Shown: one piece after another, positions 9,424 to 19,014 of the stretch
How positions within the stretch are numbered: the stretch's first letter is position 1
Layout of the letters: the number at the start of each line of letters is the position of its first letter
Virus record (IMG/VR): IMGVR_UViG_3300025416_000004
Coordinates: 1-59,008 of that record
DNA: 59,008 nt
Direction: 5' to 3' (one strand)
DNA from: a virus
Taxonomy: Duplodnaviria > Caudoviricetes
Made by a program: the position numbers and the translations under genes
The notes under the pieces: generated by a model
What the model saw: the letters and a program-made list of their open reading frames with translations, nothing else
Told to the model about the DNA's origin: nothing
The model's database searches: none

Positions 9424-9584
9424 TGCATTCTTCAGGACAAACGCCTCTACTTGGAGCCGCAACAAGTGCTAGCTTTTTATTGTTTTCGTTTGTTCCTGAA
9501 GTTCCTCCTCTTGCTCAATGGATCTGCCTCCTGCTATCAGCAACGGCATCTGTCCTTACGATCATTAAGCAGTCACACAAATGA
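9423..9584 (+). CDS. Small two-helix membrane protein, holin-like (not in ORF track)
   Basis: MHSSGQTPLLGAATSASFLLFSFVPEVPPLAQWICLLLSATASVLTIIKQSHK*, 53 aa, coupled to both neighbours by TAATG and ATGA overlaps. Confidence 0.55.
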   Translation: MHSSGQTPLLGAATSASFLLFSFVPEVPPLAQWICLLLSATASVLTIIKQSHK

Positions 9585-9772
9585 AAAAGACTTGGGAAGC
9601 ATTACTTCCATTTCTAGGAACAATACTAATGATTCTAGGAGGATGTACGCACGCCCCATCTTCAATTTCAGTAGCTCCAGCAGTAGACAACATTTCTGCG
9701 GTTCAAGGAAATCTTTCTGCGGTTGACAGCAAGTCAGTCGTGATCGAACAATGGCTTAAAACACAGAAATGA
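9581..9772 (+). CDS. Small lipoprotein, o-spanin-like
   Basis: Signal peptide with lipobox ILGG-C, in the lysis cassette. Confidence 0.5.
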   Translation: MKKTWEALLPFLGTILMILGGCTHAPSSISVAPAVDNISAVQGNLSAVDSKSVVIEQWLKTQK

Positions 9773-10206
9773 AAAGAATAGCATTAGCAATTTTATTTGT
9801 CATGGCAGTCGGTGTTCAAGCTACAACGATAACTAAAAATGACATTATCAAGACGATTGAACATCAGCGTCAACTAGTCCACCAAGCTCAAGATGAAGCG
9901 TCTGCCGCAAAGCAAGAACTAGGAGTAGTTCAAAATGCAGTAAACGCACAGACGGCAAAGTTGAATGAAGCAGAAAACCAACTAGACATCACTCGTAAAG
10001 AGTTGTCAGATGTTCGTCATCATTTCCACCTATTGCTATTGATCTGCTCTAGTTGCATTGGGTTCATTGTATTCGCTAGCATTCAGAGGTTTTCTTCAAT
10101 TCTCCTTGCCTTCTATCCTCCTGCACTAGCCTCTGACTGGTTTATCTCTATCGGTGCTGGAATTGTAGCAGGAGGGGCGGCATGGAGCCTTCTAGGTCAT
10201 CTGTAG
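9769..10206 (+). CDS. Coiled-coil membrane protein, spanin-like
   Basis: N-terminal signal/TM, heptad coiled coil, two C-terminal hydrophobic helices. Confidence 0.45.
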   Translation: MKRIALAILFVMAVGVQATTITKNDIIKTIEHQRQLVHQAQDEASAAKQELGVVQNAVNAQTAKLNEAENQLDITRKELSDVRHHFHLLLLICSSCIGFIVFASIQRFSSILLAFYPPALASDWFISIGAGIVAGGAAWSLLGHL

Positions 10207-10571
10207 TCAAGAACAAGCTAGAGCAAAAGCCACTTGGCTCAAAGAAAGCGATCTATGCAATCTTTGCCTCGGTTTCTGTCCTGATTGTTTTCATTGGTTC
10301 TGCGTTTTTGATCCTAACCCACGCAGAGGTGGCAAAAGATATTGTGGAATTGGCGAATCTTGTAGTTCTTTTTTTCGGAGCGATAACAACAACCCTAATC
10401 ACAGGACAAGCAGCAATGGATTGGAAGGCAATATCGGCACTTCAACACATGGATCAGGATTCTAATGAAAGAATAGAAAGCAATCAGGCATTACCTGAAT
10501 ACGAATCACATACAACTGAACTTCGGCGTGATCCAAAAGACTACCTGTTAGCGCATGACACAGCGTTTTAG
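10182..10571 (+). CDS. Putative holin
   Basis: Two TM helices and a charged C-terminus, directly before the endolysin. Confidence 0.55.
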   Translation: MEPSRSSVVKNKLEQKPLGSKKAIYAIFASVSVLIVFIGSAFLILTHAEVAKDIVELANLVVLFFGAITTTLITGQAAMDWKAISALQHMDQDSNERIESNQALPEYESHTTELRRDPKDYLLAHDTAF

Positions 10572-11046
10572 CAACTTCCTTCCGTTCATCTTCCAGCATG
10601 AATGCGAATTCGCCAAAGGTCACTACGGCGACTACAACTATGTCATCGCAGAAGAGGTAGCAGGTGATGATGGCGGCGTAACCAAGTGGGGTTGCGACTA
10701 TCGTGAATTCAGCGAGAAGCCATTTAACTTAACCAAAGACGACATCCGAAACCTAACAAAGGAAGGCGCAACTAAACTATACTGGTACAACTGGGATAAA
10801 TACCATGTTGATCAAATGCCAGAGAAAGTTGGAGAAGTCTGGTTCAACTGCAAGGTAGTCAGTGGAGCAAATCAGGCGTACAAGATCCTTTACAGGACAG
10901 GCAACAACGCCGCAAAATTTATAGCCGACCAAAAGAATGTGAACTCTCTGATTGTCAAAGCACATCCATCCGACGCCAAGTTTTTGAATGGATGGAATGC
11001 GAGGCTTGACGATTTAAGTAAATATCTGCATATCCAAAATGCGTGA
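10555..11046 (+). CDS. Endolysin, glycoside hydrolase family 108-like
   Basis: HE...DDGGVTKWG, LTKEGA..LY...W and C-terminal KFLNGWNAR motifs. Confidence 0.8.
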   Translation: MTQRFSNFLPFIFQHECEFAKGHYGDYNYVIAEEVAGDDGGVTKWGCDYREFSEKPFNLTKDDIRNLTKEGATKLYWYNWDKYHVDQMPEKVGEVWFNCKVVSGANQAYKILYRTGNNAAKFIADQKNVNSLIVKAHPSDAKFLNGWNARLDDLSKYLHIQNA

Positions 11047-11309
11047 AACACCCCAAGCCATACAATGTTTCCCCAGCGGGGTGGGAGGCAATTAACAAAG
11101 CCATTGCATTAGTTACGGAACATTATGAGAACATTGCGTTGTTCGTGAACTGGGTTGATGATGAAGGCGAGACCCAGCATTGTGAAATCCTGAATGGAAA
11201 CGGATTTGCGTTAGAAAATCACATTGATAAATGGGTTGACGGGGAGTTTCTTCCTGATACTTACGAGGATGACGAAGATGACGACAAACCCAGAAAAGCA
11301 AAAACATAA
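11043..11309 (+). CDS. Hypothetical acidic protein
   Basis: GTGA-coupled ORF that fills the gap. Confidence 0.55.
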   Translation: MKHPKPYNVSPAGWEAINKAIALVTEHYENIALFVNWVDDEGETQHCEILNGNGFALENHIDKWVDGEFLPDTYEDDEDDDKPRKAKT

Positions 11310-11311
11310 AC

Positions 11312-12076
11312 ATGGCAAACATAACCCATAAATGGAAAAAGCTCCTTGCTGTTTCTTGCAGTCACGCAAAATATGTAGACAAGAATGCATGGCAAGCAGT
11401 CCTAGAATTCAAGCGGCGTTTTAGGCCGGACACAATTTTGCACTTGGGTGACTTTATCGATCTCTCTGCGCTGATGGGGAATGGCGCGGGATCCGGCAGT
11501 GATGGAGACGAAGTGACGCCGGACATCGATACTGGACTGGTTCATCTGCGTGAACTATTGGCTGGATGTAAAGACCCTTGGGTGCTTTGCGGAAATCACG
11601 AAGATCGCGCTTGGAAGTTGACCCACTCAAAGAATAGCGTCACGGCGTACTGCGCGCACAAAATCATTCAGGCTATCGAGGACACAACAAAAAACCTTAA
11701 AGCTCGCCTCATTCCGTACACTGGAATCGAGCAGATAGTTGACATCTCGGATATTGGGTTCACGCATGGAACAATCTACAACGAGATGGCGGCTCGCGAT
11801 ATGGCGGTAAAATACTGCAACGGAAGTCGGCGCAAGGTAGTATTCGGTCACACGCACAAGGTCGCAACCGCAACCGCTCCAACAAAACATGGCGGAACGG
11901 GATACAATATCGGAACGCTTACCGCCCGCGGCGCGCTGGAGTACGCAAAGAATCGCCCCAGTACCTTTGCATGGACGCAGGCTTTTATCTGGGGAGAGTA
12001 TTGCGAATCATTGAATCAATCTTCACTACAAATCACCCAACGAGCGGAGGGTGAGGTGTGGAGAATGCCAGTATAA
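11312..12076 (+). CDS. Calcineurin-like metallophosphoesterase
   Basis: SCSH, HLGDFID, GNHE, FTHG and FGHTH motifs. Confidence 0.85.
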   Translation: MANITHKWKKLLAVSCSHAKYVDKNAWQAVLEFKRRFRPDTILHLGDFIDLSALMGNGAGSGSDGDEVTPDIDTGLVHLRELLAGCKDPWVLCGNHEDRAWKLTHSKNSVTAYCAHKIIQAIEDTTKNLKARLIPYTGIEQIVDISDIGFTHGTIYNEMAARDMAVKYCNGSRRKVVFGHTHKVATATAPTKHGGTGYNIGTLTARGALEYAKNRPSTFAWTQAFIWGEYCESLNQSSLQITQRAEGEVWRMPV

Positions 12077-12093
12077 CCATAAAATACAAACAT

Positions 12094-12339
12094 ATGAAAA
12101 CACCGAATGATTGGTTGAATGAGATGATAAAAATGGAGGGAAGTAGCGTTGTAGCAGAAGAGGTTCCAGAAGGATGGATGACTATGGCGCAAATGGCGCA
12201 TCATGCCGGAGTGGCTACTACTACCATGAACGCAAGAATAACAAAATGGACTCGCGCTGGCCTCGTACAACGTAAGAAATTCAAAATCTGCGTAGGAAGA
12301 CAGACCACTGACATCTGGCACTACAATAAAATGAAATAG
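12094..12339 (+). CDS. Small winged-HTH-like DNA-binding protein
   Basis: PEGWMTMAQMAHHAGVATTTMNARITKW..AGLVQRKKF. Confidence 0.55.
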   Translation: MKTPNDWLNEMIKMEGSSVVAEEVPEGWMTMAQMAHHAGVATTTMNARITKWTRAGLVQRKKFKICVGRQTTDIWHYNKMK

Positions 12340-12377
12340 GCTTTACAAACTTTAACGAATACTCAATATTTGCGGAT

Positions 12378-12731
12378 ATGTCATGCGGATGTAACTCCAG
12401 TTCTATTTACGACACTAGTGCCTTTGGGTGTGTATGCGCCCCAGAATTGCCTTATCCGCAGGTATCCGCGGAATCAGTCCCTTCACTAATAAACAACCTG
12501 ACGCAGGCTCTTTATGGAACTTATGGAAGCGCATACGGAATTCAAAAATCCGTTGTTAATGGTTTTATTAAATGGACGATCCCGTGTGATCCCAATAATA
12601 CCACTTCCATAAATGGAGTGCCAAGGCAAACAGGCGAAGGATTGCTTTGTTACATTATTCGCGTATTAAATCAACCAGTACAAAGCGTAACTCCACAATT
12701 CGTCATCGCAACCTCCATCGCACTTGGATAA
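12378..12731 (+). CDS. Hypothetical virion-associated protein
   Basis: ORF at the start of a second structural block; TTTACA-17-AATATT upstream. Confidence 0.5.
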   Translation: MSCGCNSSSIYDTSAFGCVCAPELPYPQVSAESVPSLINNLTQALYGTYGSAYGIQKSVVNGFIKWTIPCDPNNTTSINGVPRQTGEGLLCYIIRVLNQPVQSVTPQFVIATSIALG

Positions 12732-12740
12732 AAAATCACT

Positions 12741-13382
12741 ATGAAAAGACTATGTTCAGCTTACACAATCTCTGGTCAATCAATCACGCTTACTGGAGTC
12801 AATGTTCCTCTTCCACAGATCCTTTTAATCTCTGATGCCACTACTGGAAGCATCCTGTATTCAGTTGGAGGTACAGCGGCAACAAGTTTCTCAAATACTG
12901 GGGGGAACAGCACGATCACCCTTGCTAATAGTGCGATTTTTTCCTCAACGGATAAGCTGACAATTTACTACGATGACGCAGTAGTGGCTCCTACCACTCC
13001 CGTGACGCAGTCCGGCACATGGACTCCTACTCTACCTGTAGGCCAGCAGGCAATGGCTTCTTCCACGCCTGTGGTTATTGCATCGAATCAGTCTGCTGTC
13101 GCTGTTTCCTCACAGGTTTCTAGCACCGCTTCACTGACAGCAATCAGCACAGCTACAACAACACCTATTACGGCATCTTCAACTCGCGTTGGATTCATAT
13201 TCTCAAATGCCGGATCCGGCACTGCTTATGTGCTATTGGGAGCTACTACGGGAGCAACCTCTACAAACTTTAGTTTTTCACTAGCTACGGGCGACATTGT
13301 TGCCATCAATTCCTACACAGGCCCAGCTTGTGTTAACACAACTGGAACTACTGCCTTCTTTATTACTACGCTGAATCCGTAA
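12741..13382 (+). CDS. Putative virion structural protein
   Basis: T/S-rich; ILLISDATTG.ILY, STDKLTIYYD and GQQAMASSTPVVIASNQS motifs of the kind seen in phage structural proteins. Confidence 0.6.
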   Translation: MKRLCSAYTISGQSITLTGVNVPLPQILLISDATTGSILYSVGGTAATSFSNTGGNSTITLANSAIFSSTDKLTIYYDDAVVAPTTPVTQSGTWTPTLPVGQQAMASSTPVVIASNQSAVAVSSQVSSTASLTAISTATTTPITASSTRVGFIFSNAGSGTAYVLLGATTGATSTNFSFSLATGDIVAINSYTGPACVNTTGTTAFFITTLNP

Positions 13383-14479
13383 TGGCTAAAAAGTTAGGCA
13401 TTGATCTTTTTGGGAGTAATGCTGTCCTTTCACATGGACTATCAATTGGTTCGTCGTATAAAAGCCAAGTAAAAGTAAATCGCTATCACACTACTCTTTC
13501 TCCAATAAGCATAGATACCACTTTACAAGTTTTGATAATTAATGGAGGTGGATCTGGCGGAGGTGGGTATGCAGGCGGAGGAGGTTGTGGAGGTCAAATT
13601 GCTTTAGGGACTTTTAGTTTATCAACTCATCATACATATGATATAATCGTAGGGGCCGGAGGAATATATGATTCAGCAAACCAAATCCCAACTTTTGGTG
13701 GTTTAAGTTCGTTTGCCGGAAACACAACAGGAAGTTTTCAAGGGGCGGGATATGGAGGGCAAGACGAAAATTATCCTTCAGAGAACGGAGGAGGAGGTTG
13801 TGGACAAATTGGTGGGACTGACCCATATACTGGTGGGGCTTATTTTGATGGTAATGGAAATGTAAAAGGGGGTGATGGGTTTTGGGATGAAGCACAACAA
13901 GGTTTTGACACTTCAGGAGGCGGGGGGGCGGGACAAGTAAGTGGTCAGGATGCTACACCAAACGCCAATGGTGGCGTTGGAGGGAATGGATTTATGACAT
14001 CGCATTTCTTTCCTGATATTGGAACAAGCATCCTTGATTACGGAATAGGTTGCGGTGGCGGAGGTGGAAAGACATCAACATATCCTCCTTATGGTGGTGG
14101 AAATTATTCTCAAGGCGGGTCTTTTGGTGGCAGTGCTGGAGGTGTTTATTACGGAGGAAGAGGCGGAGCAAATAGTCTTGTAAGTCTTTTTCCTTATAAA
14201 GCACCTCAATCAGGAAGCAGTCAAATAAGTTATCCTGCTGGTTCTGGACAAGGTTTTGGAAATGGAGGTGGTGGAGGTGCATATAACATAAATTCTCCTA
14301 ATAATGTTGGTGCAGGCGGAAATGGTTCAGACGGCGCGGTGATTTTGAAGGTTCCAGCAAATTTTCCTTGGGATCAAAATGCGACCAACAACGCAAATCC
14401 TGACATTTTAGTCGGTGACCCAGTTAATGATTATATTTACATAGTGTATCCAACATCTGGAACATTCATTATGCTTTGA
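13382..14479 (+). CDS. Glycine-rich virion protein
   Basis: VLIINGGGSGG, GGGGCGG, GNGGGGG and GGNGSDGAVILK motifs. Confidence 0.75.
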   Translation: MAKKLGIDLFGSNAVLSHGLSIGSSYKSQVKVNRYHTTLSPISIDTTLQVLIINGGGSGGGGYAGGGGCGGQIALGTFSLSTHHTYDIIVGAGGIYDSANQIPTFGGLSSFAGNTTGSFQGAGYGGQDENYPSENGGGGCGQIGGTDPYTGGAYFDGNGNVKGGDGFWDEAQQGFDTSGGGGAGQVSGQDATPNANGGVGGNGFMTSHFFPDIGTSILDYGIGCGGGGGKTSTYPPYGGGNYSQGGSFGGSAGGVYYGGRGGANSLVSLFPYKAPQSGSSQISYPAGSGQGFGNGGGGGAYNINSPNNVGAGGNGSDGAVILKVPANFPWDQNATNNANPDILVGDPVNDYIYIVYPTSGTFIML

Positions 14480-14504
14480 CATTACTCCTAGAAATATATA
14501 ACTA
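14476..14504 (+). promoter_or_regulatory. Sigma70-like promoter
   Basis: Perfect TTGACA followed 15-17 bp later by TATAAC/TAACTA, just before ATG 14511. Confidence 0.5.
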
Positions 14505-14510
14505 ATCTTT

Positions 14511-14903
14511 ATGGCATCAAATAAAACCAAACTACCAGAGGGTTTCCATGACCTTGGCGAAGACCTTTCTATGAAGGGTCAAGACCATATCAACAAAGTT
14601 GAACAGGAAGCGGAAACGCATATTCACTATCCCACTCTTTGGTTCCATGAGAAAAACGCTTTGAAAGACCTTCCAAAAGAAGGAATGGCTGAAATTAAAT
14701 ACAAAAAAGTCATGGAGCGGGAAGAAAAAGTCATGGTAAATGGCAAAGAAGTGTCTCGCTATACAACCGAACTTGAGATTCATGGCATTCGCGCTCATGG
14801 AGATTGGGAAAACGAAGAAACGTCAGAAGAAAACGAGCCTAGCGATGATGATGCCATCGAAAAAGGTTTAGAAGCCGCATCGAAAGCAAACTCCAACGAC
14901 TAA
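14511..14903 (+). CDS. Hypothetical acidic protein
   Basis: ORF with upstream promoter; no motif recognised. Confidence 0.6.
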   Translation: MASNKTKLPEGFHDLGEDLSMKGQDHINKVEQEAETHIHYPTLWFHEKNALKDLPKEGMAEIKYKKVMEREEKVMVNGKEVSRYTTELEIHGIRAHGDWENEETSEENEPSDDDAIEKGLEAASKANSND

Positions 14904-14907
14904 TATT

Positions 14908-15267
14908 ATGGCAAACGACCAAACAATGCCCCCATCCGAACAAAATCTTCCTCCCGACATGGGAAAAGGCCCAGCTAGCCCAGCCGACATGGCTCCTGCT
15001 GGCGTTCCAGCTCCACAGGACGGCGGATCCGTAATGGTATCCATGCCCAAGGCCGCTTTCGATGCAATTCACCAGCTTATCGTCCAACTTGCAAGCGGAG
15101 TTGATCAACTCGCTCAAGGAGTTAACCAACAGGCCGCTGGAGGGTCTCCAGAAGGCGCACCAATGCCCCCAGAAGCTCCCACAGGTGGCGCGCAGGGTGA
15201 AGAGGGCGGTAGTGACGAGGACTTCCTCAAAAGCATGGCTCAAGAGGCAAGTCAGCGCACCAAATAA
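14908..15267 (+). CDS. Hypothetical Pro/Gly/Ala-rich protein
   Basis: Low-complexity arms around one amphipathic helix. Confidence 0.6.
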   Translation: MANDQTMPPSEQNLPPDMGKGPASPADMAPAGVPAPQDGGSVMVSMPKAAFDAIHQLIVQLASGVDQLAQGVNQQAAGGSPEGAPMPPEAPTGGAQGEEGGSDEDFLKSMAQEASQRTK

Positions 15268-15279
15268 GGTACAAAATCA

Positions 15280-18200
15280 ATGTTCGTCTCGCAAATATTT
15301 GACGAGGCTTCGGAGATTCTTGCAACGACTGATCAGACCAAGATTTTCCGCAAGCTGACGCAGGCGGTTCAGACCCTCATGGAGTCTGGACACTGGTTGC
15401 GAACGACCCAAGAGGTAGATGTCTGCACTGGCTGGGATGGTCAGACAATTACCCTTCCCCGCGGCATTGAGGTTCCGCTTGGGGTAAACATTGATGGTTC
15501 TCCTACATATTTCAGAGGACGCCTGTTCCAGTACAACGTAAATGCAGGCGGAATGTACAACCCAGTATCATGGGCATGGGATGACCGAGGATTTGTGGCG
15601 ACCCAGATGGACATCCGGCAACCTTCACAACTTGTTGCCATCTCCGAACACCAAGCCGATGCCGGACTTCAACTGCGAGTCATTGGAACAGACGCAAACA
15701 ACCGCGACCTGCGCTCACAACTTGATGATGGCACTGGACTTGATGGAATTCTTGTTCCAATTCATGCCCAGAGCGACTTCCCATTCGGAACCATACAGCC
15801 GGATGGAGTAACAATTCAGACGCGATCTGTCGCGATTTCTGCATTACAAAAATTGCTTTCTGCCACAGCGCATCAATTGGCATCTGGTCAATCCGCAGTT
15901 CTCTCTGTTGGTTCAGGATCAGTAAATGTTCCTGTCGGACTCATTAACGGAAACACTTATTACATTGGAGTTGATGACGCCAACACGATTACCCTTTACC
16001 AAACATCGCTGGATGCAAAGGCCGGAGTGAATCCCATCAGCCTGACAAGTATTGTCGGCGCGCCATCTGTCACGCTTACAGACTCGCGTAATGCGAGCCT
16101 CCTGACTTCTGTAAATCTTGTCAATGGTCAGCCAGCAATCTCGATTGCATCTCCCAACGAGGTTACATTCTCGAATATCGGAGGGAATTCACTTCCCTCT
16201 CCTCTTGCCGCAAACACGACCTATTTCGCGCAGTCGTTGGATACATCAAACCTTCAGGTGTATGCTTCCTTGAACGACGCACAAAATTCAACGAATCCAG
16301 TCTTGCTGTCCGGCAGTAACTCTCAATTCAATGTGGACATTCGCAAGCCAATTGGAGCGCAAACGACACTCACATTCTCTCCGTTTCACAACTATAATAC
16401 TGGCGATGCGGTTCAGGCGTTCACAAATGGAGGAACATTGCCGACGCCTTTGATTGCGGCGCAGAATTACTTTGTTCATTCAATCAATTCGACATCACTT
16501 ACGCTTCACGCGAACGCATCTGATGCAACGGCTGGAACAAATCCAATCACATTCACCGACAACGGCTCTGGAACCAACTCATTGGTAAAACTAGTTTCAG
16601 CAACTTCAAATACTGGAACCATTAACCAGATTACAGCCGCCGGACTGAATGTTTCTGCACCTTCTGCGCCGACCTCCGCCGCATCAGCAGTTGCAATTGT
16701 TACTGGATCTGTGGTCGGAGTTCAAATCACTGCCGCCGGATCAAAGTACACATCAACGCCGAAGGTGACATTTGATTCTCCTCTAAAGACATACACAATT
16801 ACTGGAAATACGCACGGCACGACGACAATTGATGGCATCCCGAACATAACATATGTTTCGATTGGTCAAACTATAACTGGATCTGGCATTCCGGCAGGAA
16901 CGATTGTCACAGCGATTAACGGGTCAACTTCCATTACGATAAGCAATGCCGCTACGGCAACGGCAACAGGCGTTACACTAACGCTTGCTCCTACAATTCC
17001 AGTAGGATCCACGCAGACATATTCGACTGCAACTGGATATGCAGTGATGATACCAGACGCCGTTGGATCTGCCACATATCAGGTTGGATCAATTGTTATA
17101 ACATCATCTGGTCAGGGTTACACATTACCTCCAGTTGTTACTATTGATGCTCCTACTACAAGCAATGGATTCACATACGCAAGCACTATAGGAAGTCCAA
17201 TTCTTGCAAGCGTAACTGGTATCTCTGGTCAGGCCGCAGGACAGCCCGTCTTTGGTGCAGGAATCCCAAATGGATCCACGATTGTTTCGGTAACTACCAG
17301 TCCGAATACAATTACAATTTCTCAAAATGCCACTGCTACATTAGCGGCTGGTCAGAATGGATCGTCGCTCGTATCCAGTACAACAACACAGGCGGGAGCA
17401 ATCTCAACACTACAGACTTCTTTTGTTTCCAACATCATTGTTCCCACTGGATCGGGCGGACTTGGATATGCGGCTCCTCCTATTGTGCAAATCACAGGCG
17501 GCGGTGGTACTGGAGCCACGGCAACATCTCAAATTTCAAATACTGGTGTTGTTACTGGAATTAATGTGATTTCACAAGGCACTGGATACACATCTGCTCC
17601 GACCATTTCACTCCTTCCATCTACTGGCGTTCTTGTTCAATTCTCATCCACTGGGACATTGCCTTCGCCTCTGATTGCCGGAACAGCATACAGACTTGAA
17701 AACCCTATTAATGCAGGGGCGGGTGTATACACAATCCTGAATCAGGATTACTCCACAATCAACATTACTGGGACATTCACTGGAAACTTCTATGTCAATC
17801 TTTCCAAATCGTTTGCAATTGGGTTTAATGGTTTATGGAATGGTGACTTTGGTGGTCTTTCAACTGGTCAGGTTGTTTATTTGTCATCCGATTATTTGTT
17901 GCCAACTGGAGTAAATAATACTACCGCATACACGATAACAATAGTAACTCCAACAACGGCACAGCTATCTGCTGGATCCCCATTAACACTAGTAACGCCA
18001 ACCGCGCTGGGAGTTGGTCAGTCATATTTTGCTGTTCGTGTAACGGGACAAGGAACGCCATACAATAACCAGATTGTATTGTCCAATATTCAGTACCTTT
18101 CTAATGGTGAAAGCGTTCAATTGGCTTCTACTGGGACGCTTCCTACACCAATTAAGTCTGGAACAACATATCCCGCCCCATACACCATCACACTTGTTGG

Positions 18201-19014
18201 TAACAATATCTCTCTTACGGATGTCAACAACAACCCTGTAAACATCACAAACCTTGGGGTTGGTCAGATCAGCATGAACATTGTTCGTTCATTCTCGCCA
18301 TCTGCATCTACTAGCATCGTTGCGAACAATCAAATTTATGACACAGGGGATCAGATCGCCGTCAGAGCCGCCATTGGTGATACATTGCCTGCCGGAATCA
18401 CTGCTGGCAATTATTACGCAAGGGCAATCGATAACAGCACATTTGAGTTGTATGACACGCAATACAATGCCCAGCACATAGACTTTACAAATGGTCGTTT
18501 CAGCTTCTCAAGCACAGGGAATAGCGTCACAAGCACATTCTATGTGGACGCAATCCTACCTCCAACGCTCGTCAAGTCAGTCATGCACATTGAAAAGCCG
18601 ATCACAGCGGGGTATGTGAGCCTGTATGCGCTTGATTACGGCAGGAGCAACGATATGACCCTCATCGGTCAGTATCACCCTTCTGAAACAAACCCAAAAT
18701 ATCGCCGCATTAGGATCGGTCAATCATGCTCATGGGCGCGTATCATTTATCGGGTCGCGCACCCTGAAATTACTAGCGTCTACGACTATATTCCCATTGA
18801 GAATGCCCGCGCAATTATTGCGGCTGTCCACGCGGTTGACCTTGAGGACAAGGATTTCCTTGATCAATCCCAAAAATATTGGGCGACGGCTTTATCCTAC
18901 TTGAAAAATCAGCAGGAAAGTTTTGAAGGCCATGCTTTCACACCTCCGCAGATCAATAATATTACCTACGGAGATGGAACTGATCCAGTTATCGAGTCTG
19001 TCTACTACTGGTAA
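15280..19014 (+). CDS. Large virion protein: probable head-tail adaptor carrying inserted fibre-like beta repeats
   Basis: Charged globular N- and C-termini flank ~900 aa of T/S/G-rich repeats (LPxxLxxxxxY x7, GxGYTxxPxV x4). Directly upstream of the nozzle-like gene. Confidence 0.55.
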   Translation: MFVSQIFDEASEILATTDQTKIFRKLTQAVQTLMESGHWLRTTQEVDVCTGWDGQTITLPRGIEVPLGVNIDGSPTYFRGRLFQYNVNAGGMYNPVSWAWDDRGFVATQMDIRQPSQLVAISEHQADAGLQLRVIGTDANNRDLRSQLDDGTGLDGILVPIHAQSDFPFGTIQPDGVTIQTRSVAISALQKLLSATAHQLASGQSAVLSVGSGSVNVPVGLINGNTYYIGVDDANTITLYQTSLDAKAGVNPISLTSIVGAPSVTLTDSRNASLLTSVNLVNGQPAISIASPNEVTFSNIGGNSLPSPLAANTTYFAQSLDTSNLQVYASLNDAQNSTNPVLLSGSNSQFNVDIRKPIGAQTTLTFSPFHNYNTGDAVQAFTNGGTLPTPLIAAQNYFVHSINSTSLTLHANASDATAGTNPITFTDNGSGTNSLVKLVSATSNTGTINQITAAGLNVSAPSAPTSAASAVAIVTGSVVGVQITAAGSKYTSTPKVTFDSPLKTYTITGNTHGTTTIDGIPNITYVSIGQTITGSGIPAGTIVTAINGSTSITISNAATATATGVTLTLAPTIPVGSTQTYSTATGYAVMIPDAVGSATYQVGSIVITSSGQGYTLPPVVTIDAPTTSNGFTYASTIGSPILASVTGISGQAAGQPVFGAGIPNGSTIVSVTTSPNTITISQNATATLAAGQNGSSLVSSTTTQAGAISTLQTSFVSNIIVPTGSGGLGYAAPPIVQITGGGGTGATATSQISNTGVVTGINVISQGTGYTSAPTISLLPSTGVLVQFSSTGTLPSPLIAGTAYRLENPINAGAGVYTILNQDYSTINITGTFTGNFYVNLSKSFAIGFNGLWNGDFGGLSTGQVVYLSSDYLLPTGVNNTTAYTITIVTPTTAQLSAGSPLTLVTPTALGVGQSYFAVRVTGQGTPYNNQIVLSNIQYLSNGESVQLASTGTLPTPIKSGTTYPAPYTITLVGNNISLTDVNNNPVNITNLGVGQISMNIVRSFSPSASTSIVANNQIYDTGDQIAVRAAIGDTLPAGITAGNYYARAIDNSTFELYDTQYNAQHIDFTNGRFSFSSTGNSVTSTFYVDAILPPTLVKSVMHIEKPITAGYVSLYALDYGRSNDMTLIGQYHPSETNPKYRRIRIGQSCSWARIIYRVAHPEITSVYDYIPIENARAIIAAVHAVDLEDKDFLDQSQKYWATALSYLKNQQESFEGHAFTPPQINNITYGDGTDPVIESVYYW

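Noticed and set aside
9451-9726. 91-aa ORF from the track
   Set aside because: TTG start; the same DNA is better explained by the coupled 9423..9584 and 9581..9772 genes.
7718-14479. Diversity-generating retroelement acting on Gly-rich or fibre genes
   Set aside because: No reverse transcriptase motif and no ~100 bp near-identical template/variable repeat pair were seen.
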